Source: Dokdonella sp. (GTDB lineage Bacteria > Pseudomonadota > Gammaproteobacteria > Xanthomonadales > Rhodanobacteraceae). From it: a DNA stretch of 64,000 nucleotides. Shown here in pieces: positions 19,986 to 32,212 of this stretch; positions within the stretch are counted from its first letter, which is position 1; each line of letters opens with the position of its first letter. The DNA is taken from assembly GCF_044227025.1 (NCBI RefSeq), contig NZ_JBGAFX010000009.1, positions 7,874 to 71,873 of the forward strand. The letters run 5' to 3'. The notes under the pieces are model-generated. The model was not told where the DNA came from. It did no database searches and saw only the letters and a list, made by a program, of their open reading frames with translations. Made by a program: the position numbers and the translations under genes.

Positions 19986-20576
19986 GTGAACGGAACATCC
20001 ATCAACGGGGACGCACTGACGGCAGTCACTGCACTGCTGCACGACCTGGCCGGTCGCGGCGACGGGGTGTCGCGCCTGTTCGAGCAGATGCAGCACGACC
20101 TGCGCCGGGTCGCGCACCGCGAACGAATGTCGGTGCGCGCGAGCGATACCTTGTCGACGACGGCGCTGGTGCACGAGGCCTTCCTCAAGTTCGAGCGCAC
20201 CGCCCTGCCGCAATTCGCCGACCGCAGGCACTTCTACGGCGTCGCAGCGCGTGCGATGCGCCAGGTGCTGGTCGATCACGCGCGTGCGCACCTCGCCGAC
20301 AAGCGGGGCGCCGGTGCAGCACACGACACCCTCGGCGCCGTCGACCGCGAGGTCGATTCGAATCATCGCGACGCCGAACGCCTGTTCGAAATCAATGCCG
20401 CACTCGACCAACTGGATGCCGTTCGGCCGCGTCTTGCCCAGGTGGTCTACCTGCGCTTCTACGCCGGCCTCAGCGACGCCGAGATCGGCAACGTGCTCGA
20501 TGTCGATGAAAGCACCGTGCGCCGCGACTGGCTGAAGGCACGCGGCTGGCTCTACCAGCACCTCGGAAGCGCCTGA
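19986..20576 (+). CDS. ECF sigma factor of the kinase-associated type (PF07638/TIGR02999-like, about 196 aa)
   Basis: TALVHEAFLKF...RRHFYGVAARAMRQVLVDHARAHLADKRG...YLRFYAGLSDAEIGNVLDVDESTVRRDWLKARGWL is characteristic. The start is uncertain. No in-frame ATG lies between the divergent gene and region 2, so the GTG at 19986 is proposed. The stop is 1 nt before the kinase ATG. Confidence 0.8.
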   Translation: MNGTSINGDALTAVTALLHDLAGRGDGVSRLFEQMQHDLRRVAHRERMSVRASDTLSTTALVHEAFLKFERTALPQFADRRHFYGVAARAMRQVLVDHARAHLADKRGAGAAHDTLGAVDREVDSNHRDAERLFEINAALDQLDAVRPRLAQVVYLRFYAGLSDAEIGNVLDVDESTVRRDWLKARGWLYQHLGSA

Positions 20577-20577
20577 T

Positions 20578-23246
<2,669 letters not shown>

Positions 23247-23274
<28 letters not shown>

Positions 23275-23675
23275 CGCTCCATGAAACGGTGCGGATGCGT
23301 GAGCGGCGTGAAGCCGTACTTCGCGTAGAGCTCGTGCGCGTCGCGGGTCGCGAGCACGAACCGACGGATGCGCTGCAGGTCCGGATGCGCCATCACGTAA
23401 TCCATCAGGTGTTTCGACAGGCCGCGACCGCGCACATCGGGCAACACGAACACGTCGCACAGGTAGGCGAAGCCGACGCCGTCGGTGACGACGCGTGCGA
23501 ACGCGACCTGGCGCGTTCCATCATAGGCGCCGAAGCAGGTCGAATTGGCGATGCTGCGTTCGACCAGATTGCGGTGGATACCGGGCACCCAGTACGAATC
23601 GCGACTCAGGAATTCATGGATCGCAGCGACATCCAGGCGCGCGCGATCGCAGGAGAATAGGATGCCATCCACCAT
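23247..23675 (-). CDS. GNAT-family N-acetyltransferase (142 aa)
   Basis: FARVVTDGVGFAYLCDVFVLPDVRGRGLSKHLM...DAHELYAKYGF is the acetyl-CoA-binding core. Start chosen at MVDGILFSCD. An alternative ATG lies at 23696. The 3' end overlaps the convergent kinase by 28 nt. Confidence 0.8.
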
Positions 23676-24186
23676 CCGATCTTCGTGTCCGCCCATGGCC
23701 CGCTCCGTCTCGATCGCCCTTGCCTGCGCCTTGGTGGCGCTCTCCGGCTGCGCCACGCCCGCGTTCAAGGGCGCCCCGCCTCCGGGACCGCCGCCGGCCG
23801 AGGTCGCCGCGGCCCCCGAACGCTACCACGATGCGACGGTCGTCTGGGGCGGAAAGATCCTCGCGATCGACAATCTCGCGGAAACGACCGCGGTGCAGGT
23901 CGTCGCCTATCCACTCGACCGCAACCAGCGCCCGGACACGCGCGCGCCGTCGATCGGGCGCTTCGTGCTCGCGATGCCCGGCTATGTCGAGGCAGCGGAC
24001 TATCCGCCGGGTCGCTGGCTGAGCGTACGCGGGCACATCGTCGGCAGCGAAGTGCACCGCATCCAGGAACGCGACGTCGTGCATCCGCGCATCGCGCCCG
24101 AAGAGGTGCATCGCTGGCCGCGCGAATTCCCCGATGAGCACGGGCACTGGAGCTTCGGTGTCGGCATCGGTGGCGTGATCCGCTGA
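23662..24186 (+). CDS. Slp-family outer-membrane lipoprotein (174 aa)
   Basis: AGGAGA at 23651-23656 precedes the ATG at 23662. Lipobox LVALSGC. VVWGGKILAIDN...GRFVLAMPGYVEAADYPPGRWLSVRGHIVG is typical of Slp. An alternative start lies at 23695. Confidence 0.8.
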   Translation: MPSTIRSSCPPMARSVSIALACALVALSGCATPAFKGAPPPGPPPAEVAAAPERYHDATVVWGGKILAIDNLAETTAVQVVAYPLDRNQRPDTRAPSIGRFVLAMPGYVEAADYPPGRWLSVRGHIVGSEVHRIQERDVVHPRIAPEEVHRWPREFPDEHGHWSFGVGIGGVIR

Positions 24187-24217
24187 TCGGGTGCCGCAAT
24201 GCCAAGGGAAACCGACG

Positions 24218-24293
24218 TGTGGGAGCGCCGGAAGGCGCGATGCTTTTCGTGGCTCGACGGCTGAACTGCATCGCGGCTTCCGCCGCTCCCACA
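24218..24293. repeat. REP-like palindromic element, family A, copy 2
   Basis: TGTGGGAGCGCCGGAAGGCGCGATG...CATCGCGGCTTCCGCCGCTCCCACA, located between the convergent slp and PQQ-dehydrogenase stops. Confidence 0.85.
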
Positions 24294-24321
24294 AGGAAAA
24301 GGCCGCCCGCAAGGACTCACG

Positions 24322-26277
24322 TCAGGACGCGCGCGGCAGCGCGAACGCGATCACGTAGTCGCCACGCGTCGTGCCCATCTTGGCGTGGCCGCCGGCGCAG
24401 ATGACGATGAATTGCCGCCCGCCGATCTCGTAGCTCATCGGCGTTGCCTGCGCGCCCGCGGGCAAGCGCATCGTCCAGACTTCCTTGCCGCTCGCGGTGT
24501 CGAATGCGCGAAGGAAGTTGTCGCTGGTTGCGCCGATGAAGGTAAGTCCGCCGGCGGTCGTCAACGGTCCACCCATGTTCGGTGCGCCTTCTGTGTCCCA
24601 GAACGGCCACGGCGCTCGGTCGCGCGAGGTGCCGAGCGGCTTCGTCCACGCAATCGTGCCCTTGGCGAGATCGACGGCGACGAGCCTGCCCCAGGGCGGC
24701 GCCGTGCAGGGCGCGCCGAGCGGCGATTTAAGCAGCGTGCGGCGCATGCCGTACGGCGTGCCGCGCTGCGAGGCGAATTCCCAGTCCGCGTATTTGCCCG
24801 AGTCGTACTGCTGGTCCAGCTCCGCGCGCGGAATCAACGCCACGACGAATGGAATGTCCATCACGTTCGCGACCAGCAGCTTGCGCTGCGGATCGAACGC
24901 ACCGCTACCCCAGTTCGAGCCACCCGCGTAACCGGGACGCTCGATCGACCCGCTCGTAGCCGGAGGCGTGTAGATGCCTTCGCTGTGCAGCGCGGCGATC
25001 TGTTCGCGGCAGCGGCCGCGATCCCAGAACGTGAGTCCCCACGCGTCGTCCGGCGTGACCGGCGCATGCGAAACGAGCGGCGGGATCGACGAGAACGGTT
25101 GCGTCGGCGACGGCACCTCGCCGGGCACTGCATCCTGCGGCACCGCGCGTTCCTCGATCGGAAACAGCGGCTCGCCGGTCTCGCGGTTGAGCACGAACAC
25201 CTGCCCGGTCTTGTGCAGTTGCACCAACGCCGGGATCGTGCGGCCGTCGCGCTCCAGGTCAATCAGCATCGGTTGCGAGGCGACGTCGTAGTCCCACAGG
25301 TCGTGGTGCACGAGCTGGCGTCCCCACACGAACTCGCCTGTCGCCGCCTTCAACGCAACGACCGAATTTGCCCATTTCGTTTCGCCCGGGCGAACACCGC
25401 CGAAGAAATCGGGGCTGGCCGATCCGGTCGGGATGAACACGAGTCCGCGTTCGGCATCGACCGCGAGTGGCGCCCACGCGTTCGCCGCGCCGGTCCAGTG
25501 CGCCTGCTGCGCATCGACTTCACCGAAATCCGGATTCGCCGCGTCCGCCGGCACCTTCGCCGCGCGCGGGATCGGATCCCAGTGCCACAGTTCGCGGCCG
25601 TTGCGCAGATCGAATGCGCGCACCACACCGAGCTCGAGGTCGGTGCCGCCGTTGTCGCCGATCGACGAACCGACGATCGCAACATCGCCTGCGATCGCGG
25701 CCGGCGAGGTGACCGAATACTGACCGACACGCCGTTCGGACAGACGCACGCCCCTGGAGAGATCGACTTCGCCATCCTTGCCGAACGCGCTGCAGCGCGC
25801 ACCGTTCGCGGCATCGAGCGCGATCAGGCGCGCATCGATCGTCGCGAACAGGATGCGTTGCGCGCACGCACCATGCGGGTCGGCCTGCGCGTCGCGCCAG
25901 TAGCTCACGCCGCGCGTCGCCATCTCGGAATAGTCGTGCTCGCGTGGAACCTTCGCGTCGAACTGCCAGCGTTGCGCGCCGCTCGCCGCGTCCAGCGCGA
26001 ACACCTTGCCGGTCGCGGTGTTGAAATACAGCGTGCCGCCGACCATCAGCGGCGTCGCCTCGAACGTCAGCGCATCGTGCCCGCGCGCGAAGCCGTCGCC
26101 CAGCTCGCCGGTGCGGAACGTCCACGCCGCTTCGAGTTGCGCGACATTCCCCGGCGTGATCTGGGCCAGCGGCGCATGTCGCTGGCCATGGCCGTCGCCG
26201 CCGTAGGCGGTCCATTCGAACGGCGCGGCCGTCGCCGTCGCTGCGCAAGCAAGCCCCATCCATACCAGCATCCGCAT
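24322..26277 (-). CDS. Periplasmic PQQ-dependent dehydrogenase (glucose/quinate-type beta-propeller, 651 aa)
   Basis: Signal peptide MRMLVWMGLACAATATA. Propeller repeats with conserved W motifs run throughout (AAWTFRTGE, TPLMVGGTLYF, GKVFALDAASGAQRW, GGSNWGSGAFDP). Confidence 0.88.
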   Translation of the reverse strand: MRMLVWMGLACAATATAAPFEWTAYGGDGHGQRHAPLAQITPGNVAQLEAAWTFRTGELGDGFARGHDALTFEATPLMVGGTLYFNTATGKVFALDAASGAQRWQFDAKVPREHDYSEMATRGVSYWRDAQADPHGACAQRILFATIDARLIALDAANGARCSAFGKDGEVDLSRGVRLSERRVGQYSVTSPAAIAGDVAIVGSSIGDNGGTDLELGVVRAFDLRNGRELWHWDPIPRAAKVPADAANPDFGEVDAQQAHWTGAANAWAPLAVDAERGLVFIPTGSASPDFFGGVRPGETKWANSVVALKAATGEFVWGRQLVHHDLWDYDVASQPMLIDLERDGRTIPALVQLHKTGQVFVLNRETGEPLFPIEERAVPQDAVPGEVPSPTQPFSSIPPLVSHAPVTPDDAWGLTFWDRGRCREQIAALHSEGIYTPPATSGSIERPGYAGGSNWGSGAFDPQRKLLVANVMDIPFVVALIPRAELDQQYDSGKYADWEFASQRGTPYGMRRTLLKSPLGAPCTAPPWGRLVAVDLAKGTIAWTKPLGTSRDRAPWPFWDTEGAPNMGGPLTTAGGLTFIGATSDNFLRAFDTASGKEVWTMRLPAGAQATPMSYEIGGRQFIVICAGGHAKMGTTRGDYVIAFALPRAS

Positions 26278-26507
26278 CGTAGCCTCCCGTTCGATAGTCG
26301 ATTGAAGTCGACCACGACGCCCTTGGCAACGACCGTGTGACGAAATGGACCATCGGTGCCGCAGGCGGGCGGAGCAAGCAGCGGGAAGCGAGGCAGGTGT
26401 TCCGGGCCGCGCGCATCGTCAAATGCCGCACGACCCGATGCAGCCGCCATTGGCTTGTCGAACGTCGTCGCATCGTTTGCAGTCGGGTTACCGCCCGCCT
26501 GCACCCG

Positions 26508-27278
26508 TCACGAACCGAACCACCCTTCCGGCAACAGGGCGCGACAACGCCGACTCAACATCAGCTCGGCACCATCGCGCAGGGTCAGCCTGAGGTCGCC
26601 ATGCGCCCGGGGTTCGACCGCCGCGATGAAATCCGCACGCACGAGGTGCGATCGGTGCACGCGCAGGAACTCGGCCGGATCGAGCCGCTGGGCGAGGCGC
26701 GACAGGGTCGCGCGCACGAGGTGGCGGCGCGTCGCGGTGTGCACTTCGACGTAGTTGCCCGCGGCACTGAGCCGATGCACGTCCGCGATCGGCACGATCA
26801 GCGAGCGACCGCGCTCGTGCACGACGATGCGGGCGAGCCTCGCCACGCCGCCCGCGCCACCGATCCGGCGCAGGCGCTCCTCGTCGGCAGCCTCGCCATC
26901 TCCGTTCCTGCGCTCGGCCATGCGTTCATCGACGCGTGCGAGCGCCCGCGCGAAGCGTTCGCGGTCGAACGGCTTCAAGAGGTAGTCGAGTGCGGCGACC
27001 TCGAATGCGCGCAGCGCATGTTCATGGTAAGCGGTCGTGAAGACGACCAGCGGGTACGGCGGCGCGGCGCGCGCAAGAACGTCGAAGCCGTTTCCGTCGC
27101 CAAGCCGGATGTCGAGGAACAGCAGATCGGGCTTCTCCCGGCGCAGCAGCGCGAGGCCGCCGACGACGTCGTCGGCTTCGCCGACGATGCGATAGCCCGG
27201 CTGGTCGGCGAGCAGGCGACGCAGCTTCGCACGCGCGGGCGGCTCGTCCTCGACGATCGCGACGCGCACCTCGCTCAT
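26508..27278 (-). CDS. LytR/AlgR-family response regulator (REC + LytTR, 256 aa)
   Basis: REC domain VAIVEDEPPAR...DLLFLDIRL...YLLKP. LytTR domain AAGNYVEVHT...FLRVHRSHLV. Its ATG overlaps the kinase stop as ATGA at 27275-27278. Confidence 0.92.
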   Translation of the reverse strand: MSEVRVAIVEDEPPARAKLRRLLADQPGYRIVGEADDVVGGLALLRREKPDLLFLDIRLGDGNGFDVLARAAPPYPLVVFTTAYHEHALRAFEVAALDYLLKPFDRERFARALARVDERMAERRNGDGEAADEERLRRIGGAGGVARLARIVVHERGRSLIVPIADVHRLSAAGNYVEVHTATRRHLVRATLSRLAQRLDPAEFLRVHRSHLVRADFIAAVEPRAHGDLRLTLRDGAELMLSRRCRALLPEGWFGS

Positions 27279-28399
27279 TCGAGCAGCAGCGGCAACTCGA
27301 TCTCGATGCAGGTGCCGGCAACATTGCCGGGCGCGATCGAGAAGCGGTGCTGGCCCGGATACAGCAGTTCGAGGCGATGGCGCACGTTGGCGAGGCCGAC
27401 ACCCGGCGTGTAGCCGGGCGCAAGGCCGCGACCATCGTCGGCGACGACGCAGCGCAGGCGCTCGCCGTCGACGTCGATGCTGACGTCGACCCGTCCGCGC
27501 CCGGAAGCGAGGCCGTGCTCGAACGCGTTCTCGACCAGCGGCTGCAACAACAGGCGCGGAATGCGCGCGTTGCGCGCGGCCGGATCGACCCGCACGGCGG
27601 TTTCGAGCTTGCCGCGAAAGCGTTCACGCATGAGCTCGAAGTAGCGCTCCAGCCAGACCACGTCGTCGACGACGCGCACGCGCGCCTCGCCGGTTTCGCT
27701 CAGCGCCACGCGCATCAGCACGGCGAGCGCGGCGATCATGCGGTCGGCCGCCTCGACGTCCTCGTGCATGCGGTTGGAGATCGCATTGAGCGTGTTGAAG
27801 ATGAAATGCGGCTCGATCTGCGCGGTCAGCTGGGCCAGGCGCGCCTGGCCGAGATCGCGCTCGAGCTGCACCAGGGTCAGCTCGCGTTCGCGTCGCGCGC
27901 GCAGCGCGCGCCAGGCCACGCAGAAACCGACGATCAATGCATAGGTGATCAGGTCCTTCTGGAGTTCGTAGGCGATACCGAGCAGCGGATCACCAAAGTC
28001 GTAGCGTTCGCCCATCAGCGCGTAGACGAGCTTGCGAATGCCGACCATGCCGAACGTATGCAGCAGCGAGAACACGATCGCGGCGGGTACGTGCACGGGA
28101 ATGCGCCGCAACCAGTCGCTGCCGGAAAGCGGGTGGCGCCGCTCGAAGCGGAAAACCGCGATCGCCAGCACCGCCATCACCAGCGCGCTGCTGAGTTCCC
28201 ACGTCATCGGCTCCCACGCGGGAACGCGGCTGCCGCTGTTGCGCTGGCCGATCACGACATTGATGCCGAGCCACAGGCCGATGCCGAGCCAGGCAAGGAC
28301 GTAACCCAGCCACGGCCACGCGCGACCCGTCGGTGCCTGCGGCGCGCATGCGTCCCCGGCCTTGGAGGCGGCGATGGTCGATCCGGCCTGCGCGGTCAT
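27275..28399 (-). CDS. LytS/YehU-type sensor histidine kinase (374 aa)
   Basis: A multi-TM N-terminus precedes the His_kinase (PF06580-type) box QIEPHFIFNTLNAISNRM and an HATPase region (LLLQPLVENAFEHG, GVGLANVRHRLELLY). Start chosen at the ATG at 28399, which overlaps the CDF stop by 1 nt (TGATG). The track start at 28432 is the alternative. Confidence 0.88.
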   Translation of the reverse strand: MTAQAGSTIAASKAGDACAPQAPTGRAWPWLGYVLAWLGIGLWLGINVVIGQRNSGSRVPAWEPMTWELSSALVMAVLAIAVFRFERRHPLSGSDWLRRIPVHVPAAIVFSLLHTFGMVGIRKLVYALMGERYDFGDPLLGIAYELQKDLITYALIVGFCVAWRALRARRERELTLVQLERDLGQARLAQLTAQIEPHFIFNTLNAISNRMHEDVEAADRMIAALAVLMRVALSETGEARVRVVDDVVWLERYFELMRERFRGKLETAVRVDPAARNARIPRLLLQPLVENAFEHGLASGRGRVDVSIDVDGERLRCVVADDGRGLAPGYTPGVGLANVRHRLELLYPGQHRFSIAPGNVAGTCIEIELPLLLE

Positions 28400-29307
28400 C
28401 AATCCGCCACGTCCGGCTCGAAGAACGACCATCGAATCTCCGGGAACCTGGCCTTCAGATCACCCTCGACAGCGTTGATCGCCGCGACCAGTTCCCGCGC
28501 AGCGAGATCGCCGCGCATCTCGGCCTTGATCGCGACCATCACGTCGGGGCCAAGCTGCATGGTGATGACATTGAACAGACGCGCGATCTCCGGTCGCTGT
28601 TCGAGGAATTCGTTGATTGCCGCTTTCAGCTCCGGCTCGGCGCTCTGCCCGATCAGCAGCGCCTTGACCTCGACCGCGACGAAGATCGCAACCAGCACCA
28701 GCAGCACACCGATCGCGAGCGTGCCGAGCGCATCGAACACCGGATTGCCGGTGATCATGGTCAGCAACACCGCGGCAAGTGCGATCACCAGGCCGAGCAG
28801 CGCGGCGAGATCCTCGCCAAAAACGACGATCAGCTCGCTCTGGCGGCTCTCGCGAAACCAGTACCACAGGCTGTGTTCGCCGCGCGCCTTGTTCACCTCG
28901 CGCAGGCAACCCCACATCGAAATACTCTCGGCGACGATGCCGAACGCGAGCACACCGACCGCCAGCCACGGCCAGCGCAGCGGCTCGGGCTCGTTCAGCT
29001 TGTGCAGGCCCTCGTACAGCGAGAACGCGCCGCCGACCGAGAACAGCAGCAGCGCGACCAGGAACGACCAGAAATAGATCGCCTTGCCGTGACCGAGCGG
29101 ATAGTCCGGCGACGGCAGGCGCTTGGTGTTCTTGAGACCAATCAGCAGCAGGCCCTGGTTGCCGCAATCGGCGAGTGAATGCACCGCCTCGGCGGCCATC
29201 GCACCGGAACCGGTGACGATCGCGGCGCCGAGCTTGGTCACGAAGATCGCGAAATTCGCGCCGAGCGCGAGAAAGATGGTCTTGAGGGAATCGGCCTTGC
29301 CGGACAT
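28399..29307 (-). CDS. Cation diffusion facilitator (CDF) family metal efflux transporter (302 aa)
   Basis: GANFAIFVTKLGAAIVTGSGAMAAEAVHSLADCGNQ matches the TM1-2 signature. There are six TM segments and a C-terminal cytoplasmic domain. Confidence 0.9.
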   Translation of the reverse strand: MSGKADSLKTIFLALGANFAIFVTKLGAAIVTGSGAMAAEAVHSLADCGNQGLLLIGLKNTKRLPSPDYPLGHGKAIYFWSFLVALLLFSVGGAFSLYEGLHKLNEPEPLRWPWLAVGVLAFGIVAESISMWGCLREVNKARGEHSLWYWFRESRQSELIVVFGEDLAALLGLVIALAAVLLTMITGNPVFDALGTLAIGVLLVLVAIFVAVEVKALLIGQSAEPELKAAINEFLEQRPEIARLFNVITMQLGPDVMVAIKAEMRGDLAARELVAAINAVEGDLKARFPEIRWSFFEPDVAD

Positions 29308-29366
29308 GCAGGTTTCCGTGATCGGGGGACGCGGAAAACGCCCGGCGCGGAGGGCTGCACAGCCTC

Positions 29367-32207
29367 TCAGCGCACGGCCAGGCGCTTGCGCAGGTCGGCA
29401 GCGTAGAGCGAACCGGATGCACCGAGCAAGGGTTCCAGCTCCGCGCGCAACGCCGCCGCCTCGACGTCGGCACCGCGCGCCTCGATGGCGCGGGCCAGCG
29501 CCACCTTGATTTCGAGCACGCGCGGATCGTGGGGCGCCAACGGACTGCGAACGGCGAGCGCCTCGCGCAACAACGGCTCCGCAATGGCGCCGCGTTCGAG
29601 CGCGAGTTCCGCACGCGCCAGTGCGAACAGCGCATTGGCGAGTCCGATGTTGTGCGCAGGCAGCGCTGTGCGCGCGAGCTCGAGCGCTTTGGACGCCGTC
29701 GCCTGCGCCTTCACCGCGTCACCCGCATCGAGCTCGGCTTCGGCGAGCTGCGCGTGCAACAAGGCGACGACCGGATCAGCACCGCGACTCGCGCCCTTCA
29801 CTGCCGCCAGCGCCGCGCGCAATTCATCGAGCGCTTCGGCAGGACGGTGGCGCAGCCGAAGCAGATTGCCAAGGTAGCCACGATCCTGGTTCAGCCATTC
29901 GGAGTCGGCGGGATAGCTGCGACGGTCGATCGCCAGCGTCTCGCGCAGCGCCTCTTCGGCCGACGCATAGTCGCCGCCGTACTGCAGCGCGAGGGCGAGA
30001 TTGCCGAGCGGACCGACGCGTGCTTCCTCGGTCGCGCCTTCGATGCCGCTCCAGGTGGAAATCGATTCGCGGAACGCGGCCTGCGCTTCGGCGAATCGGC
30101 CCAGCATGATGCGATCGAGACCGATCATGTTCTGCGCGCGTGCAATCTCGTCGGCATGGCGCGCGCCGAGTACCCGGCGCTGGTCGTCGAGAAGCGCCAC
30201 CCGACCGCGCAGACCCTCTTCGTAGCGCCCCTGCTTCTCGATCGCCATGAACAGGTTCGCGCGCGCGCCCAGCGTTTCGCGATGATCGTTGCCGTAGCGT
30301 TCGATCTTGATGTCGAGCGCTTCGCGCAGCGCCTGCTCGGCGCCGACGTAGTCGCCTTTGTGCGACAGTGCGAACCCGAGATCGTTGAGATCGGCGGCGA
30401 CCGTCGTGCTGCGGCCGCCCAGTCGCTGGCGGTCGATCGCGAGCGCCGCCCGCTCGGCGGCAATCGAGTCGTCGTAGCGCGACAGCTCGTCGAGCGCGTG
30501 CGCGAGCAAGGCCCAGTCCAGTGCCACCTCGCGCGCCCCCTCGCCGAGGCGGGCAATATCCCCGGCCAGCAGTTCGCGCGCGACCGATTCGGCTCGCGCG
30601 GTTTCGCCCCGCTCGGTCAGCACGCGCACCTGCAGGCGACGCGCATCGGACAGGTCTTTTGGCGCGCCGGCACCGGCGGCGAGCGCGAGTGCGCGCTCGA
30701 CATGCGTGGTCGCCGGCTCGTACAGGCTGCGCTCGGCCTCGCTCGAGGCCAGCCGCACGAGATTGCGCGCGCGCACTTCGGCGGCGACGCCCCCGTTCTC
30801 GCCGAGCGCGACCGCCTTCTCCAGCAGCGGGGTCGCGCGCTCGTAATTGCCTATGTTCCAGTACAGGCTGCCGATGAGGCCGGTCATGTCGGCCGCGATC
30901 GACGCGTTGGCGGCTTCGTCGGCGAGGCGCGCCTCCCCCTTTTCGAGCAGTTGCTGCGCGGTGAATGGCCGACCCTCGTTCTCGTCGGGCGCCGCCTGCT
31001 CGAACACGCCGGCGAGAAAACCGCGCGCGGCCTCGGCCCGATCGGCCTGCTCGCGCGCCAGTGCCGCCTGATGCAGGCTGACCAGCGTCGCGCCGATGCA
31101 GAACGCGAACGCGATCAGTGCGCCAGCGAGCGCGTAACGATGCCGCCGCGCGAACTTCGCAAATCGATAGCCGGCCCCGCTGCGCGCCGCGATCGGACGG
31201 CCACCGAGGTGACTGCGGAGGTCGGACGAGAGCGCCTCGACCGAGGAGTAGCGCCGCTCCGGCTCGGACGCGAGTGCGGTCAGCACGATGCGGTCGAGGT
31301 CGCCGCGCAGCGCGCGCCGGGTAGCCGCGTCGACGACGGCACCCGGCGCCTTCATCTCGCCCGCGCCGTCGCGCGCGGGCCGCACACCGGTGAGCAGTTC
31401 GAACAGCACGACGCCCAGCGCATAAACGTCGGTCGCGGTCGTCACCGCCGCGCCCGCGACCTGCTCCGGCGCGGCGTAGTCGGGCGTGAGCAGGCGCGCG
31501 GCCGTTCGCGTCGGCGCTTGCGCGTCGGTGTCATCGAGCACCTTGGCGATGCCGAAATCCAGCAGCTTCGGCGCGCCGTCCGCGTCGACGAGGATGTTCG
31601 AAGGCTTCAGGTCGCGATGCACGACGAGGTTGCGATGCGCGAACTGCACCGCCTCGCACACGCGCAGGAACAGGCGCAGGCGCGCGGGTATGTCAAGCGC
31701 GCGCTCGCGCGCATGATCCGTGATCGGCATGCCCTCGACGTATTCCATGACGAGGTACGGCGTGCCGTCCTCGCCGACCCCGCCGTCAATGAGGCGCGCG
31801 ATGGACGGGTGTTCCAGCCGCGCGAGGATCTGCCGCTCGCGACGAAACCGCAGCAGCAGCCCGGGCGTCGGCCACGCGACCTGCTTGACCGCGACGCGTT
31901 GCTCGAACTCGCCGTCGCCGCGTTCGGCCAGCCAGACCTCGCCCATGCCGCCGGCGCCGAGGCGGCGCACGACGCGCCATGCGCCGAAGCGCGACGGCTG
32001 CGCGCCATCGGCGCCTTCGCGCCATTGCTGGGTATCGGCCGGCGGATGTTCCATGAAACCCTCGGCGCGCGCGTCGGCGCGCAACAGGCGCTCGACCTCC
32101 GCGCGCAACGTCGCGTCATCGGCGCATGCGACATCGAGATAGCCGCTGCGCGCGGCGGGCGGCAACTCGACGCAGCGATCGAACAGCTCGGCGAGGCTGC
32201 GACGCAT
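29367..32207 (-). CDS. Transmembrane Ser/Thr protein kinase with C-terminal TPR region, paralog 2 (946 aa)
   Basis: Trimmed to MRRSLAELFDRC. Motifs: GAGGMGEVW, VAVK, HRDLKPSNILV, DFGIAK, APE. The TM segment ALAGALIAFAFCIGATLVSL is followed by long TPR-like repeats. The start lies 5 nt after the sigma stop. Confidence 0.92.
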   Translation of the reverse strand: MRRSLAELFDRCVELPPAARSGYLDVACADDATLRAEVERLLRADARAEGFMEHPPADTQQWREGADGAQPSRFGAWRVVRRLGAGGMGEVWLAERGDGEFEQRVAVKQVAWPTPGLLLRFRRERQILARLEHPSIARLIDGGVGEDGTPYLVMEYVEGMPITDHARERALDIPARLRLFLRVCEAVQFAHRNLVVHRDLKPSNILVDADGAPKLLDFGIAKVLDDTDAQAPTRTAARLLTPDYAAPEQVAGAAVTTATDVYALGVVLFELLTGVRPARDGAGEMKAPGAVVDAATRRALRGDLDRIVLTALASEPERRYSSVEALSSDLRSHLGGRPIAARSGAGYRFAKFARRHRYALAGALIAFAFCIGATLVSLHQAALAREQADRAEAARGFLAGVFEQAAPDENEGRPFTAQQLLEKGEARLADEAANASIAADMTGLIGSLYWNIGNYERATPLLEKAVALGENGGVAAEVRARNLVRLASSEAERSLYEPATTHVERALALAAGAGAPKDLSDARRLQVRVLTERGETARAESVARELLAGDIARLGEGAREVALDWALLAHALDELSRYDDSIAAERAALAIDRQRLGGRSTTVAADLNDLGFALSHKGDYVGAEQALREALDIKIERYGNDHRETLGARANLFMAIEKQGRYEEGLRGRVALLDDQRRVLGARHADEIARAQNMIGLDRIMLGRFAEAQAAFRESISTWSGIEGATEEARVGPLGNLALALQYGGDYASAEEALRETLAIDRRSYPADSEWLNQDRGYLGNLLRLRHRPAEALDELRAALAAVKGASRGADPVVALLHAQLAEAELDAGDAVKAQATASKALELARTALPAHNIGLANALFALARAELALERGAIAEPLLREALAVRSPLAPHDPRVLEIKVALARAIEARGADVEAAALRAELEPLLGASGSLYAADLRKRLAVR

Positions 32208-32212
32208 GGCGC

